This document shows, piece after piece, positions 1 through 11,100 of a stretch of 64,000 nucleotides of DNA. The stretch is from a virus. The stretch lies in IMG/VR virus record IMGVR_UViG_3300042514_001283, positions 3,982 through 67,981 of that record. One strand, given 5' to 3'. The notes under the pieces were generated by a model that searched no databases, was not told where the DNA came from, and was given only the letters and a program-made list of their open reading frames with translations. Every line of letters begins with the position of its first letter. Within the stretch, counting starts at the first letter, position 1. The translations under genes and the position numbers were made by a program.

Positions 1-321
1 ATTTATGTAAAAACGCAAACGTCCACCCCATCCAGCCTTTGGATCTTTTCTATGCATTTCTTCGGCAAAGTCTTTGCCTTCAGTTTCCATTGTATCTACA
101 GCCTTACGCTTGTAGTCCTTTGGATTGGTGTGTTCCTTAACAACGATTGCAAGACCACGAGCCTCATCATAGTGAGGAGAGTCTGCATCAAGTTCACTCA
201 CAAAACGAAGTTGAACACTTTGACCGTCTTCTAGCTTTAGCCAGTTGACCTTATTTGAATTATCGTACTTTGGCTTATCGAGTAGTGCTTCGATATTCTT
301 TAGACCTTTTACAATTGACAT
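1..321 (-). CDS. ssDNA-binding protein-like (gp32-type), runs off the window edge; absent from the ORF track
   Basis: Manual translation MSIVKGLKNIEALLDKPKYDNSNKVNWLKLEDGQSVQLRF...GWGGRLRFYIN; AGGAGA RBS upstream; follows primase. Confidence 0.65.
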   Translation of the reverse strand, partial: MSIVKGLKNIEALLDKPKYDNSNKVNWLKLEDGQSVQLRFVSELDADSPHYDEARGLAIVVKEHTNPKDYKRKAVDTMETEGKDFAEEMHRKDPKAGWGGRLRFYIN

Positions 322-362
322 ATTTTTTCTCCTAATATTTGTCCTATAAGTGGACAGTTGTA

Positions 363-1316
363 CTATTGTAACACATTTGCTACTAGATCGTCAAATTGTG
401 ACACAAACTTTTTTAAATCTTCATCTGATAAATCTGATACATCTTTTACTGATTCTGGCAAACTTGCGTTTATTGCACTTGAGCCAAGTATGTTAGATAG
501 TTTCTTTGCCATTTCTTTTCCTGCATCATCATTGTCTCCTAAAATAATTACATTATTAAAATACTGTTTTAAAAGTTCCCTCTGTTTACCTGACACAGAA
601 GCTCCTAAAGTGGCTACAGCGTGTGCTCCTGCCTGTTCTAGGCGTATTGCATCAAAGGATGACTCAACAACAAATACCTTATCAAATCTTTTTGCTCTAA
701 ACAAATTAAACATAGTCTTTGCCTTTGGAAGTCCTGAAGTATTTTTAAATTCTTTTCCTTCTATAGATCTCCCAACAAATCCTAAACATATTCCGTCAGG
801 AGAATGTACTGGTATCGTAACCATGTCTTGACTTTCAGAGTATCCAAGTAGATACCTTTCAACACTATCCTTCGTGATTCCTCTACCAATGTAGTACTGT
901 GCAGCCCTTTGTGAATTCAATGCAGCATCATTTAGTCTTTTAATTACTTCACTATCAAATTCAACAAAGTCTGGTTTTTTATCAAGCTTTGATTCAAGGG
1001 CTTCAATAAAGTTAGCCTTATCTGATTTAGAGTCAACCATTCTTGCAGATTCAAAGTACGATCTTTTAGTTACATGCATTATTACTTCAATAAGTGAATG
1101 AGATTCTTGACAACCAAAACAATAAAATAATCCGCTTTCTTTTGAAATTTCTGCAGCAGGAGACCTATAATTATTATGATAAGGACAAAAGATTATGAAG
1201 TCAGATTCTACTTCGTATACTACATCAATACCTGCAGTTAGCAGACTTCTTCTGACTTGATCCTCTGAGTAGAAGGAGCCATTACTGGCTTGTTTCTGTC
1301 TATCCCTGCTATACAC
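363..1316 (-). CDS. dnaG: DNA primase (zinc finger + TOPRIM)
   Basis: CPYH...CFGC zinc-binding motif; VVESSFDAI and GDNDDAG TOPRIM motifs. Confidence 0.92.
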   Translation of the reverse strand: MYSRDRQKQASNGSFYSEDQVRRSLLTAGIDVVYEVESDFIIFCPYHNNYRSPAAEISKESGLFYCFGCQESHSLIEVIMHVTKRSYFESARMVDSKSDKANFIEALESKLDKKPDFVEFDSEVIKRLNDAALNSQRAAQYYIGRGITKDSVERYLLGYSESQDMVTIPVHSPDGICLGFVGRSIEGKEFKNTSGLPKAKTMFNLFRAKRFDKVFVVESSFDAIRLEQAGAHAVATLGASVSGKQRELLKQYFNNVIILGDNDDAGKEMAKKLSNILGSSAINASLPESVKDVSDLSDEDLKKFVSQFDDLVANVLQ

Positions 1317-1549
1317 TCTGCTGTTCTCTTTCCTACATATACACCGTATATTGATATTTCAAAATTAAATGTCTTACCATTATAGCTAATTGTAAAGTCT
1401 GTGTCAATATCATACCTTGGAACATAACCATCAGATCTCATTCCAGCAACAATCATGCTGTAGTACTGCTCTTTAAGTCTTATGATATGAGAATCATCAT
1501 AAATTTCACCATCAAGGCTAAATCTTTTTATTGACTTATGAGCGTACAT
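1238..1549 (-). CDS. hypothetical protein
   Basis: ORF between helicase and primase, preceded by a TGATATAAT extended -10. Confidence 0.7.
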   Translation of the reverse strand: MYAHKSIKRFSLDGEIYDDSHIIRLKEQYYSMIVAGMRSDGYVPRYDIDTDFTISYNGKTFNFEISIYGVYVGKRTAECIAGIDRNKPVMAPSTQRIKSEEVC

Positions 1550-1581
1550 ACCATCAATTATATCAATGGAATTAACTAGTT

Positions 1582-2796
1582 TTATTCAAAATCCTTATAA
1601 ATAAAGCGACCTGAGTCAAAATCAATATCTACCATAAATTCTCCACAAAAGCCATGACGGTTTTTTCTAAATACACATTCAAGAATTGTACTTCCAGTAG
1701 CACGACCAAGTGCTAAAACCCAGTCAGCATCATAAGCTAATTGCTTTGACCATGCCACTTGACCAAGGGAGGGAACACTATTCATATCGGTTGCATTATC
1801 TGGAGTGGCAGATGCAATTGCAACAATTGGAACTTGTGAAGAAATTGCAAGAACTTTTAATTCTCTAGAGATATTTTTAATCTTTACAACTTCATTCTCG
1901 CCTCCTTGATTTGAATTCATTAACTGAATATAATCAACAAATACAACATCTGGAGAATACTGGTCTATCTTTCCTCTAATAACAGAAGGGGATACATCTG
2001 CCATACCGTCATTAGAAATAATATAAAATGGTGGCTTATCTTTTAAATGTTGTTTAGCCCAATTTTCAAAACCTTCAATATCAATTAGACCTGCACTTAA
2101 TTTTCTGTGTGAAAAATATCCTTCAGCCATAATTGTATAAACACGATTTCTTACTTCTTTCTCTGTCATTTCAAGAGAAACTATTAAAGGTTTCTTCCCA
2201 GCTTTCCACGCTTGTACAGCCATAAAAATAGCAAGCCAAGACTTACCAATGGCAGGGTAAGCAAGAAGAATACCAAATTGACCAGGAGAAATACCACCAG
2301 GTAGATAGTTATCAAAACCTGCCAAGTTTGTTCTAACACCGTGTATACCTTTTTCACTTAACTCCTTAATGTGTATAAAGTGTGCAGAGGCATCCTCTAC
2401 ATCTGTTGCATCAATATCTCTTACATCAGAACTAATTCTTTTAAGATCAGATGTTTTTGAAATTATTGAATTAAGAGCTTCAATTGGTTGATGTTCATTT
2501 AATTGTTTTGCACTAGTCATTAGTGCATTTCTTAAATTATCTTCAAGGAATTGTATTCTTAACTCTTCTAGGTGATGCTTTGTTGTACCTATTTCACCTA
2601 CTGGTTGAAAGTCTCTAAACTTTTCTACCAAAAGCGACTTTGTTGGAACAGTTGAATTTTGCTCATAATAGTTTTTTACAAAATCCCAAACATCTTTATG
2701 AGTTCTAAACAAAGTATCTGGGTTTGCCTGAAATAGCACATGAATTTGCTTATCATTTAAAACCGCAGATAGTACCTTTGCTTCCAAATCAGACAT
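1582..2796 (-). CDS. dnaB: DnaB-like replicative helicase
   Basis: Walker A AYPAIGKS; SLEM, VFVDYIQLM, YDADWV and KNRHG motifs. Confidence 0.95.
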   Translation of the reverse strand: MSDLEAKVLSAVLNDKQIHVLFQANPDTLFRTHKDVWDFVKNYYEQNSTVPTKSLLVEKFRDFQPVGEIGTTKHHLEELRIQFLEDNLRNALMTSAKQLNEHQPIEALNSIISKTSDLKRISSDVRDIDATDVEDASAHFIHIKELSEKGIHGVRTNLAGFDNYLPGGISPGQFGILLAYPAIGKSWLAIFMAVQAWKAGKKPLIVSLEMTEKEVRNRVYTIMAEGYFSHRKLSAGLIDIEGFENWAKQHLKDKPPFYIISNDGMADVSPSVIRGKIDQYSPDVVFVDYIQLMNSNQGGENEVVKIKNISRELKVLAISSQVPIVAIASATPDNATDMNSVPSLGQVAWSKQLAYDADWVLALGRATGSTILECVFRKNRHGFCGEFMVDIDFDSGRFIYKDFE

Positions 2797-3104
2797 TATC
2801 TATTTAGCCATTCCTTTGCTTGTTCCTTTAGTAGCTTTCTAGCCACATCATCTTCTTCTTTTATTTTTTTTGCATCATAAACTTTGTGGGCATTGTCTAC
2901 CAACCATTTCCAAGTTGGAGATGCAGATACACCCACATAATATTCAATTAGATCATAACTTTGCTCTACACCATACGACTCAATCAACGAGTCTGCAGCC
3001 CATTGCTGAATGTGTATGTTTATATTTTCTTCTGTTAAGTTTTTTTCTTTTGTTAATTTCTTATATCTAGATATTAGTGCAAAGCGATCTTTCTTCTCAG
3101 CCAC
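2796..3104 (-). CDS. hypothetical protein (replication module)
   Basis: GTG start; stop/start overlaps with both neighbours. Confidence 0.75.
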   Translation of the reverse strand: MAEKKDRFALISRYKKLTKEKNLTEENINIHIQQWAADSLIESYGVEQSYDLIEYYVGVSASPTWKWLVDNAHKVYDAKKIKEEDDVARKLLKEQAKEWLNR

Positions 3105-3307
3105 TAATCCTCTAGTTCTTTCTTTGCTTCTTCTACCTTTTGAATAACTTTATTTTCTACAAATTCATAAACTCTGTCAAGAGCCTGATCTGTATTTTCT
3201 CCATTACGAACAAAGTCTGTAATTCCTAAATCAATTCTAAGACTTTGAAAATTTCCAAGGTTTAACGTATATCCTAGTGTTACTGAAACATTTGTTGTTT
3301 CTGACAT
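3104..3307 (-). CDS. small hypothetical phage protein
   Basis: GYTLNLGNFQSLRIDL segment followed by a helix; GGAG RBS. Confidence 0.75.
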   Translation of the reverse strand: MSETTNVSVTLGYTLNLGNFQSLRIDLGITDFVRNGENTDQALDRVYEFVENKVIQKVEEAKKELED

Positions 3308-3316
3308 TTTGGTCTC

Positions 3317-3829
3317 CTACCATGTCTCTTCTTGCCAAGTCGGAATGAAACGCCCATCCGATGTCTTCGTATAAAGCATTATAGCATCTCCCATTCTAGA
3401 ACGCAAGTCTTGCTCTGTTAAAACGTTTCTAGGGGTAATCTTACCGTCTTTTCTCGGTCTACCACCATGTATAGTTGCCATAATGTCTCTAATCTCAAAA
3501 ATGTGGTCTTCAGAATAATAAGCATTAATTTGAAAACCTCTCTCTCCACCAATACTATCACCAATTGGCTCAGGAATCAAACCCTTTGCAATTATTCTTT
3601 GAAACTGTACTCTTGATCTATTTAAAATTCTTGCAGTATTTGCAATTGAATAAGCTCTTTTCCTATGCTTTTTAAAATCTGAATACAGCATACTCTGTTC
3701 TTTACCCTGAGTTACATTAAAAAAATTAACAATATTGCTGCTTTTGTTAATATGAAAAACTTTTACAAGTTCTTTGTTTATAAAAAATATTTTTTTACAA
3801 GGATTTATTTTATCCTGTGGTTGAGACAT
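3317..3829 (-). CDS. MerR/excisionase-like HTH DNA-binding protein
   Basis: YSIANTARILNRS...GLIPEP...YYSEDHI resembles a winged HTH. Confidence 0.6.
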   Translation of the reverse strand: MSQPQDKINPCKKIFFINKELVKVFHINKSSNIVNFFNVTQGKEQSMLYSDFKKHRKRAYSIANTARILNRSRVQFQRIIAKGLIPEPIGDSIGGERGFQINAYYSEDHIFEIRDIMATIHGGRPRKDGKITPRNVLTEQDLRSRMGDAIMLYTKTSDGRFIPTWQEETW

Positions 3830-3838
3830 GTTCCCTGC

Positions 3839-4273
3839 CTAAGAACTAATTCTTTCACCAATTGCAATTATTGAAATGTCAGCTGAAAAAGCTCCAGAAG
3901 TTGCTGATGAAAATACGTTAACCTGACAAGAGTTTTGAGTAACTGCACTTAAAACTGGATATAAGTTTGATACACCAGTTATAGAGGTTACTGAGCATGT
4001 GACTACTGGAGTAGTTTTAAATATACCAGAGTAGTCAAATGAGGCTGGAGCATTTGGCTGAACAGACAAGTTTGCATCAACAATTTTTTGAGTCTCTGCA
4101 TAGAATACTATGTTTGATGTTAATACTTGAGAAGGTGTAGCGGTATCTCTATATTTAATTTTTGAAAGCCTACTGGCAACTAGCTCTGAAACTCTGTTTA
4201 TTTCTTGAGCTATTCTAAATAAATAAGATATGTCAAGTGGTTGACCTCTATCTGGTAATTCAATTTGTGCCAT
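3839..4273 (-). CDS. small tail-associated protein
   Basis: End of tail operon; C-terminal FKTTPVV...ISIIAIG beta-sandwich typical of tail tip proteins. Confidence 0.55.
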   Translation of the reverse strand: MAQIELPDRGQPLDISYLFRIAQEINRVSELVASRLSKIKYRDTATPSQVLTSNIVFYAETQKIVDANLSVQPNAPASFDYSGIFKTTPVVTCSVTSITGVSNLYPVLSAVTQNSCQVNVFSSATSGAFSADISIIAIGERISS

Positions 4274-4300
4274 TTTTTCTCCTAAATTACATTATACCAT

Positions 4301-6100
4301 TTAAACATTAATAATTCCAGTATCAAATATTTTAAATAAATCATACACGCCTTGCACTGATCCAGAAATTCCTAAATAATCATCAAATCTTGCTTGATAG
4401 TCTGTAGCATCTTCAAAATTTTCTATTCTAGGAACATCTTTTAATGCAACAGTTCCTATTGCTCTAAACTTATTTATATTTGATAAACTATAAATATTAG
4501 CATTACCATTAATGCTTACTTCATCCGTTGTTGGAATTCCTAAAAGCAATGTTTTTCCATCTCCTGAAATAGAAACTGTGCGTCCAAAATTTTCACTATT
4601 TAATGAAGTATCTATGATTCTAAGTTTTTGAGTCCAATCTGAATTTAGTCTTGTAAATATATGACAACCTCCAGATTCTGTAGAAACTGGACCAGCTGTT
4701 GCACCTATTCCTAATGAATAAAAACCTCCTCCAGAATTAGTTACAAAAGCTCCAACTGCAATAGTATTTCCATCATATGAAATAGAAAGATCACTTCCAA
4801 AATTATACTCTAAAAGATTTTCACTTGAGAACAACTTTGCTTGCTGTCTCCAAGTATCCCCAATTAGTGTATATACATAAGCAAAGTCTTTAGAGCTATA
4901 AGAGCTGGCTACAAAAGTTGATCCATCTCCAGAAATAGAAACTACTCCTCCAAAAAGATAACTTGATGTTGCATCTTCTGACACAATTTTTTGTCTTTCT
5001 GTCCAGGTTGTTCCAGAACGAGTAAATAAATATACAGCACCGTTGTTTGTGTTTGGAGAAGTGCTTTCGTATGGAGCTCCAATTAAAGCTGTACTTCCAT
5101 TTGATGAAATGTCAACTGACAAACCAAAATTATCATTTGATGCTGCATCAGATGCTATAAGCTTTGCTTGCTGTGTCCAGGTTGTTCCAGAACGAGTAAA
5201 TACATATGCAGCACCGTTGTTTGTGTTTGGAGAAGTATCTTCAAGGTAAGCTCCAATTAAAGCTGTACTTCCATCCGCTGAAATAGATGATGAGAATCCA
5301 AAAGTATCACTCGATGCTGCATCAGATGCTAGAAGCTTTGCTTGCTGTGTCCAGGTTGTTCCAGAACGAGTAAATACATATACAGCACCGTTGCTGCTAT
5401 TTGGAGAAGTGTCTTCTCCAGTAGCACCAATAAGTACTGTATTTCCGTCTTCTGATATAGATACTGAGATACCAAAATTATCGGATGCTGCTCTATCTGA
5501 TGGTGCAAGCTTTGCTTGCTGTGTCCAAGTTGTGCCAGAACGAGTAAATACATATGCAACACCTCCATAGGGAGTTGGACTTGCTGAGCCAAGATAGGCT
5601 CCAATAATTGCAGTATTTCCATCTGATGAGATAGATAACATTTGTCCGTATTGATCAAAAGTCTCTAAATCTAATGGAGTTAATTCTGAAATCTTGTTAT
5701 AAGAACTTGTTGGAATTGAAACACTGCTAAAGTCTTCACTAACTCTTGCATGATATTCAAAATTTCCCATTACTGATCCTGATCCCCATTGAACAAATAC
5801 GTCTGAGTTGTGTTGTTTAAAATTCTGAGAATGATTATGCGAAATTGATGCACTTGAAAGTGAAGCAGAATTGTTATAAATTATTGGAGTATCCCAAGTT
5901 AAACCAACCCCGTCTGAAGAAACTGTTGAAACAACGTTTGACTCTAAAGGTCTATATTGACCAATACTTTTAATTATATAAAGCTGCGACCATGCTGACC
6001 ATTGGTTTTTGTCAACAGATATAATTCTAAATTGAAAAGCATGATCTCCATTTTTATCTGGTGGGGATAATTTTTCTACAGGAATTCTTATCTCTGCCAT
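4301..6100 (-). CDS. tail protein with FG-GAP beta-propeller repeats
   Basis: About 7 repeats of FGxSVxISxDGxTALIGA...GAxYVFTRSGTTWTQQAKL. Confidence 0.85.
   Translation of the reverse strand: MAEIRIPVEKLSPPDKNGDHAFQFRIISVDKNQWSAWSQLYIIKSIGQYRPLESNVVSTVSSDGVGLTWDTPIIYNNSASLSSASISHNHSQNFKQHNSDVFVQWGSGSVMGNFEYHARVSEDFSSVSIPTSSYNKISELTPLDLETFDQYGQMLSISSDGNTAIIGAYLGSASPTPYGGVAYVFTRSGTTWTQQAKLAPSDRAASDNFGISVSISEDGNTVLIGATGEDTSPNSSNGAVYVFTRSGTTWTQQAKLLASDAASSDTFGFSSSISADGSTALIGAYLEDTSPNTNNGAAYVFTRSGTTWTQQAKLIASDAASNDNFGLSVDISSNGSTALIGAPYESTSPNTNNGAVYLFTRSGTTWTERQKIVSEDATSSYLFGGVVSISGDGSTFVASSYSSKDFAYVYTLIGDTWRQQAKLFSSENLLEYNFGSDLSISYDGNTIAVGAFVTNSGGGFYSLGIGATAGPVSTESGGCHIFTRLNSDWTQKLRIIDTSLNSENFGRTVSISGDGKTLLLGIPTTDEVSINGNANIYSLSNINKFRAIGTVALKDVPRIENFEDATDYQARFDDYLGISGSVQGVYDLFKIFDTGIINV
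5001..5570. repeat. 174-bp tandem repeat (58-aa FG-GAP blades)
   Basis: GTCCAGGTTGTTCCAGAACGAGTAAATA-like unit starts at 5001, 5175, 5349 and 5523. Confidence 0.9.
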
Positions 6101-7305
6101 TAAATAACTCCTATGCCAAACCTATATTCTACATAGCTTGTAGAATTTTCTCTCTTTAAAATTGGATTTTGATCTAATGTTTTTACATGTTCAGCAGCAA
6201 CAAGAGAGTATAGAGGGTTATAACTAGAAATATTCTCAAACCTTATTCCATCATAAAGTACAAAATGTTGTCCAGTATTAACATTAGAATCATTATGAAT
6301 ACATGTATAAATTCTTATGCCATTTATAGAGCTCCAAGAAAAGGTTGGATCTGTTGTAAAATCTGACAAACTTTTTGTAACAACTTGATACCTTGAATTA
6401 TCTAGTGAAGCATCTGGATTTAACACATCTACATCTTGAAGTGCAATGTTTACATAGGCTTTTGGTGTAGAGTTTGTTGAATTATTTAAAAACTCTAGTC
6501 TGATTTTAACATTGTCTGGTGCTGATGAATTTGCACCTAATCTAGCAGTACTAATTACTGAAAATGCTAATTTTATTTTATCTGTTGGTAAGTTCTTTCC
6601 TAAGTTTAAACTAATAGAATTATTTTCAATATAATATGAAGCACTACTAGAAGTATCTATTAAAGACGAGCTTGCAGATACTCCAGAAACCACAGAAGTG
6701 CTTCCAGAAACAAGTAAACTTTTATCTAAATATCTTGGAGGCTCTGCCCTATTTATTCTATCTGAATATTCAAATATTGGAGAGTTGCTATTTATAAACA
6801 CAAAGTCTTCTAGTGTATAAAAATTACCTGGCGTAATTTCATGTAAGGTTTCAATGTCTCCAGCAACAACTTGGTCAATTCTAAGAGGACCAATATAAGA
6901 AACAGTTCCAGACTCATCAAAATTATTAGAGTATGCCCAAGGTTCTGAATTGCTAAATGTTGAAAGAATTCTGCTGTCAAAATTACCAGCTACTGCATTT
7001 ACTGCTGCTGGATATATTCCAAGTTCAGTTATCTGATATCTTTGTTCAATAGGAAGCTCTGCTTTAAAAACAATTTTTTCAACGTACTCATTTGTTTCTG
7101 GATCTAATTCTTTTAAAAGACCTTTTGATAAAACTGGAACCCTTGCTACCTCAAACTCTAAAGACTGCACACTTGCAGAAAATGTTGCAGAAGAAGATGT
7201 TGGGTAAGCTTTTCCACCAACACCAATTGCAATATGACTTGCAAATTCTGGAGCCTGGTTTAAAAGATATTTTGCTACAATGTTTTTACCGTTTGTTGTA
7301 ATCAT
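6100..7305 (-). CDS. minor tail/baseplate protein
   Basis: MITTNGKNIVAKYL...IAIGVG...ITELGIY N-terminus typical of tail/baseplate proteins; operon position. Confidence 0.7.
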   Translation of the reverse strand: MITTNGKNIVAKYLLNQAPEFASHIAIGVGGKAYPTSSSATFSASVQSLEFEVARVPVLSKGLLKELDPETNEYVEKIVFKAELPIEQRYQITELGIYPAAVNAVAGNFDSRILSTFSNSEPWAYSNNFDESGTVSYIGPLRIDQVVAGDIETLHEITPGNFYTLEDFVFINSNSPIFEYSDRINRAEPPRYLDKSLLVSGSTSVVSGVSASSSLIDTSSSASYYIENNSISLNLGKNLPTDKIKLAFSVISTARLGANSSAPDNVKIRLEFLNNSTNSTPKAYVNIALQDVDVLNPDASLDNSRYQVVTKSLSDFTTDPTFSWSSINGIRIYTCIHNDSNVNTGQHFVLYDGIRFENISSYNPLYSLVAAEHVKTLDQNPILKRENSTSYVEYRFGIGVI

Positions 7306-8174
7306 GATTCCACCTTATATATTGTACCATTTGTGTCTATGAAGACCTCTACCTGCTGGTTTTTTTCCAAGTTAATAAGCTCTATAACCAAGTCACCATT
7401 TGTGTCAATATAACAATGCCCTTTTTCACGAGTAATTAATACATTATTTTCATCAAGATATTGATAAGTTGAATCTAAGTTTTGTAAAATTATATAATCT
7501 TCTTGAGGTATCTTATCTTCAATATTAATTGTATAAATGCTAGTAAGAGGCTTAAACTTGTCCATAGGACTTAATTGTTTTCCTGCGTCATACTTTTTTC
7601 TTACTTCAGATAGGTTTGAAATAATTGAGTATCTTTGATTAATTCCCTCAATAGTGTCATGTCTTTCAATTATTGATAATTCTATTGCAGAAATATTTTC
7701 AAAAAGTAGTTTTTGTATTTGTTCCGCATCAAACTGTGGCACTAAAGAAGATATGTCTGTAACATTTCTTGGTGCATTTCTAACAATATCAACAGGAATT
7801 GGATTCTGTCTAGGAATATCTGGGGTTGGATCCATAGGTGTGGTATATAAATTATCATCATCAGGAAAGCCAGTATTTGTGGGTCCAGGAGTTTCTGCTA
7901 CAACTGTTGGCGGAGGCGGAGGCGGAGGCGGTGGTGGAGGAGGGGGAGGAGGCGGTGGTGTAGAATCATGAGCATCCCTTACTGGAATTTTTTGTGCTGC
8001 TTTTAAAGCTGCGGCTTTTTCTGCTGCTTCTCTTGCTTTAGCTCTAGCTGCTTCATCTGCTCTTGCTTTTGCTGCTCTTGCTGCCTCTTTAGCCGCTGCC
8101 TCTCTTGCTGCTTCAACAGCTTCACTAGCTTTGGTACTATTTTTTTTCTTTAAAGAATCTGCATACTCTCCCAT
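7302..8174 (-). CDS. tail-associated protein with Ala/Lys/Glu helix and Pro17 tract
   Basis: Translation; 17 consecutive Pro codons at 7908-7958. Confidence 0.75.
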   Translation of the reverse strand: MGEYADSLKKKNSTKASEAVEAAREAAAKEAARAAKARADEAARAKAREAAEKAAALKAAQKIPVRDAHDSTPPPPPPPPPPPPPPPPPTVVAETPGPTNTGFPDDDNLYTTPMDPTPDIPRQNPIPVDIVRNAPRNVTDISSLVPQFDAEQIQKLLFENISAIELSIIERHDTIEGINQRYSIISNLSEVRKKYDAGKQLSPMDKFKPLTSIYTINIEDKIPQEDYIILQNLDSTYQYLDENNVLITREKGHCYIDTNGDLVIELINLEKNQQVEVFIDTNGTIYKVES

Positions 8175-8175
8175 A

Positions 8176-11100
8176 CTACACCTCCATTACTCTTAGCTGA
8201 CTTTTAACATTTGAAGAAGATCTTCCATATTGAGCAGATATAACAACAAATCTTTTATTCTCATCTACCAGCTTAACACCTTCTGGTAAATCAAAATTAA
8301 TCTTAACAATATCTCCAAGTTGTACATGTGCTGTTGCAAAAGTGTCTATTTCAAATACTTTTCTGGGTTTAATAGTTTTATCAAGAATCCATTTCATAAT
8401 ATCTTTTGCAGAGTCTTCATTTTGAATATACACAGAATCAATAGAAAACGATTTACTTCCATAAGTTGATCTACTATTTTTAATACTATCATATATCTTT
8501 TCAGATCTTCCTGGAGAAACAATTAAATTATTGTTAGTGATAGCTGGATCAGAGAAGTTTGACAGTTCTCTAAAGTAGTCATCAACTGTTAAAACATTAG
8601 AGATATTTTGAGTAAATGTAATTCCTTGAATCATAATTCTATTTGAAGAACTTTCACTTAAATCTATTGCCTTGTCTGTTGTATTAAAGATTAAGAATTC
8701 AGCTCCATAAGATCCTGGCAAAAATCCTGAAACTTGATAAGATTTTTCTACAGTAAATGGAGGAACAATTTTTGCTATTAATGCTGGGTATGCTTGATCA
8801 TATTTAATATTAAAATATGCACACTCTCTCATTATTGTGCCAAACTCTTCAAAATAAAAATCTACAGTTGGCTTTGTTTCTGCACTAATAGAGGATAGGT
8901 ATGTATTTTGAATTGCTGATGGAAGAGAATACTTTCTTAAAGATTCAGCAGATATTGTATTATTTACCTTTTCTCCTAAAGAAACATCTTCTTCTCTTAT
9001 ATTTTTTAAAGCAAAAATATTTTCAAACATACACTTAGAAGATCCTCTTGTAAATAAACAAGTCTTTAAGCCACCACTTGGCATTTGTAGGGGGTTATTA
9101 TCAGAAACTGTTCCAAGCAATACATTATTTAAATATATATAAAAGTCAATTCTATAAATTCCATTTGCATTTCTTTTAATATCTGTATCTAAAGATATGT
9201 CGTACACTGCTGCCTCTTGAGAGGTTAGTCTATCAGATCCAATAAATTTTCCTTCATCAACAAGAATTCTTACAAGATGCCCCCAAAGTTTTTTAGGAAC
9301 TGCAATATTTGTTTTTCCAGCTACTTGTGTAGAGTATGGAGTTCTTTCTACTTTATAAAAAATTATATTTTCAAGAACTTGGTCGTCTGGAATAAGTCCA
9401 GAGGTAGCAACTAGTTCGTTATTTTCATTTAGCCTAAAAGGTACTCCACTTTCACTTTTGTCTGAACCGTAGTACTTAAGAATGTCTTCAGTCATGGATG
9501 CTATTTCAAGATAATAGCCAGAGTTTGTATTTGGATCAACCATATATCCAATTCCACCAGCACCTCCAGAAAGGGTTGTAATGTTTCCCTCTGGAGTATT
9601 TTTACCAATTGTAAAAAGGTCTATTGAATTTAAAGCAGACTGTGTTTTATCATCTTTTATTTTTCCAATAATCCTCATTCTTGTTCCAACGTGCCTATAA
9701 TCTGTATCTAAATCTTTATAAACATAACTTATTAAGTCTTTACTATCTGTTTGACTTAGTTCTGTATTTTCTAAAGATGGAACTGGGTATGGTCCATTAA
9801 ATATTAATGCAGACGATTGAATTCCTGCAACGTCTTGTTGACTATGACTGGAAAATCCCTCTGATCTTGTTGACTTCTTCATAAAGTTAGCAATCTTACT
9901 GGTTATTGAAGATTTTTCTTGTGAAGCTGTATCGTTGCCAAGGGGGGTTGCTGCAACTGAATTAGATACTGGATCATGAGTTAAAAATTCTGTTGGAACA
10001 TTGCTAAATATGTTTTTAGAATCCATTCTAAAAGATTTTCTATTATTTGAATCTTCCCAATAAGAATTTAATCCAGCATTGTGGGCTGTAATAGCTGTTC
10101 CAAACTGACCTCTGCCATGAGACCTAACTTCTCCATTTTTATATTTAACATTTTCTTCTAAATCATCAAAGTTAGCCCCAGATGCATTTTCATAATATGG
10201 TTCTGTATATATTCTAAGAAGACCCGTTAAAACCATTTTTCCATTAAAGACTAGCTTGGAAAAATATTTCTGGTACTCGTTATTATTTGTTATCCAAACA
10301 AGACCATTTGTTGCAGAAGCAGATGGAGAATCTACCTGATATTGCTGTGCATCATATCTTATAATTTCTCCATTGGCAAATAAATACCCCTGAAATCTTG
10401 GCAACCAAAAAGCACTTTCTCCAACATCAATTGTATTATTTACTATTTGACTATTTACAACAGTTGGCACAGCACTTCCAAGACTAGTTCCTAGCGGGAC
10501 TGCTCCAAGTGCATATCCAACATTTGCTGTTGGCTGGTTTATTGTTCTTGCTTCTTGTTGATCTCCAAGTTCCCAAAGTATTGCACTTTTATACCCATAT
10601 GTTCTTTCACTAAGACTTAAACTAGCTTGCTCTAACTTTGATACTTCTCTTTGTATATATCTAGTTGTATAGTTAATTTGACCATCATTTAAGATCTTTG
10701 TTTCAAAACCCGAAATAGTTTCAATGTTTGGAACAATACTATCTGTTTTTTGCCCATAAAGAGTTGTCAATCTTTCAGATATTGCAGAATTGTCATCTCT
10801 TACAGAAACATCTGGCATCAAATATTCTTTTGGCATAATTACAAAATTATTATACTCGTCAAAGAACATGGCGGTCTGAGTAGCCTGTGCAAGTCTTTGT
10901 AAAACTTCTGCAACAGAAGCATCTGGCTCAACAAAGAAAAATGGAATTACTGGATCATTTGCAGTATTAATATTTTTAAATACATAATTGCTAAAACCAA
11001 TATTGTCTAGTAATAAGGCGACTGCTTTTGTAAGTGTTGAGTTCTGTAAAAATATTGAAGTAGCCTTACTAGATTCTAATATAAAATAAGCATCTCTTAA

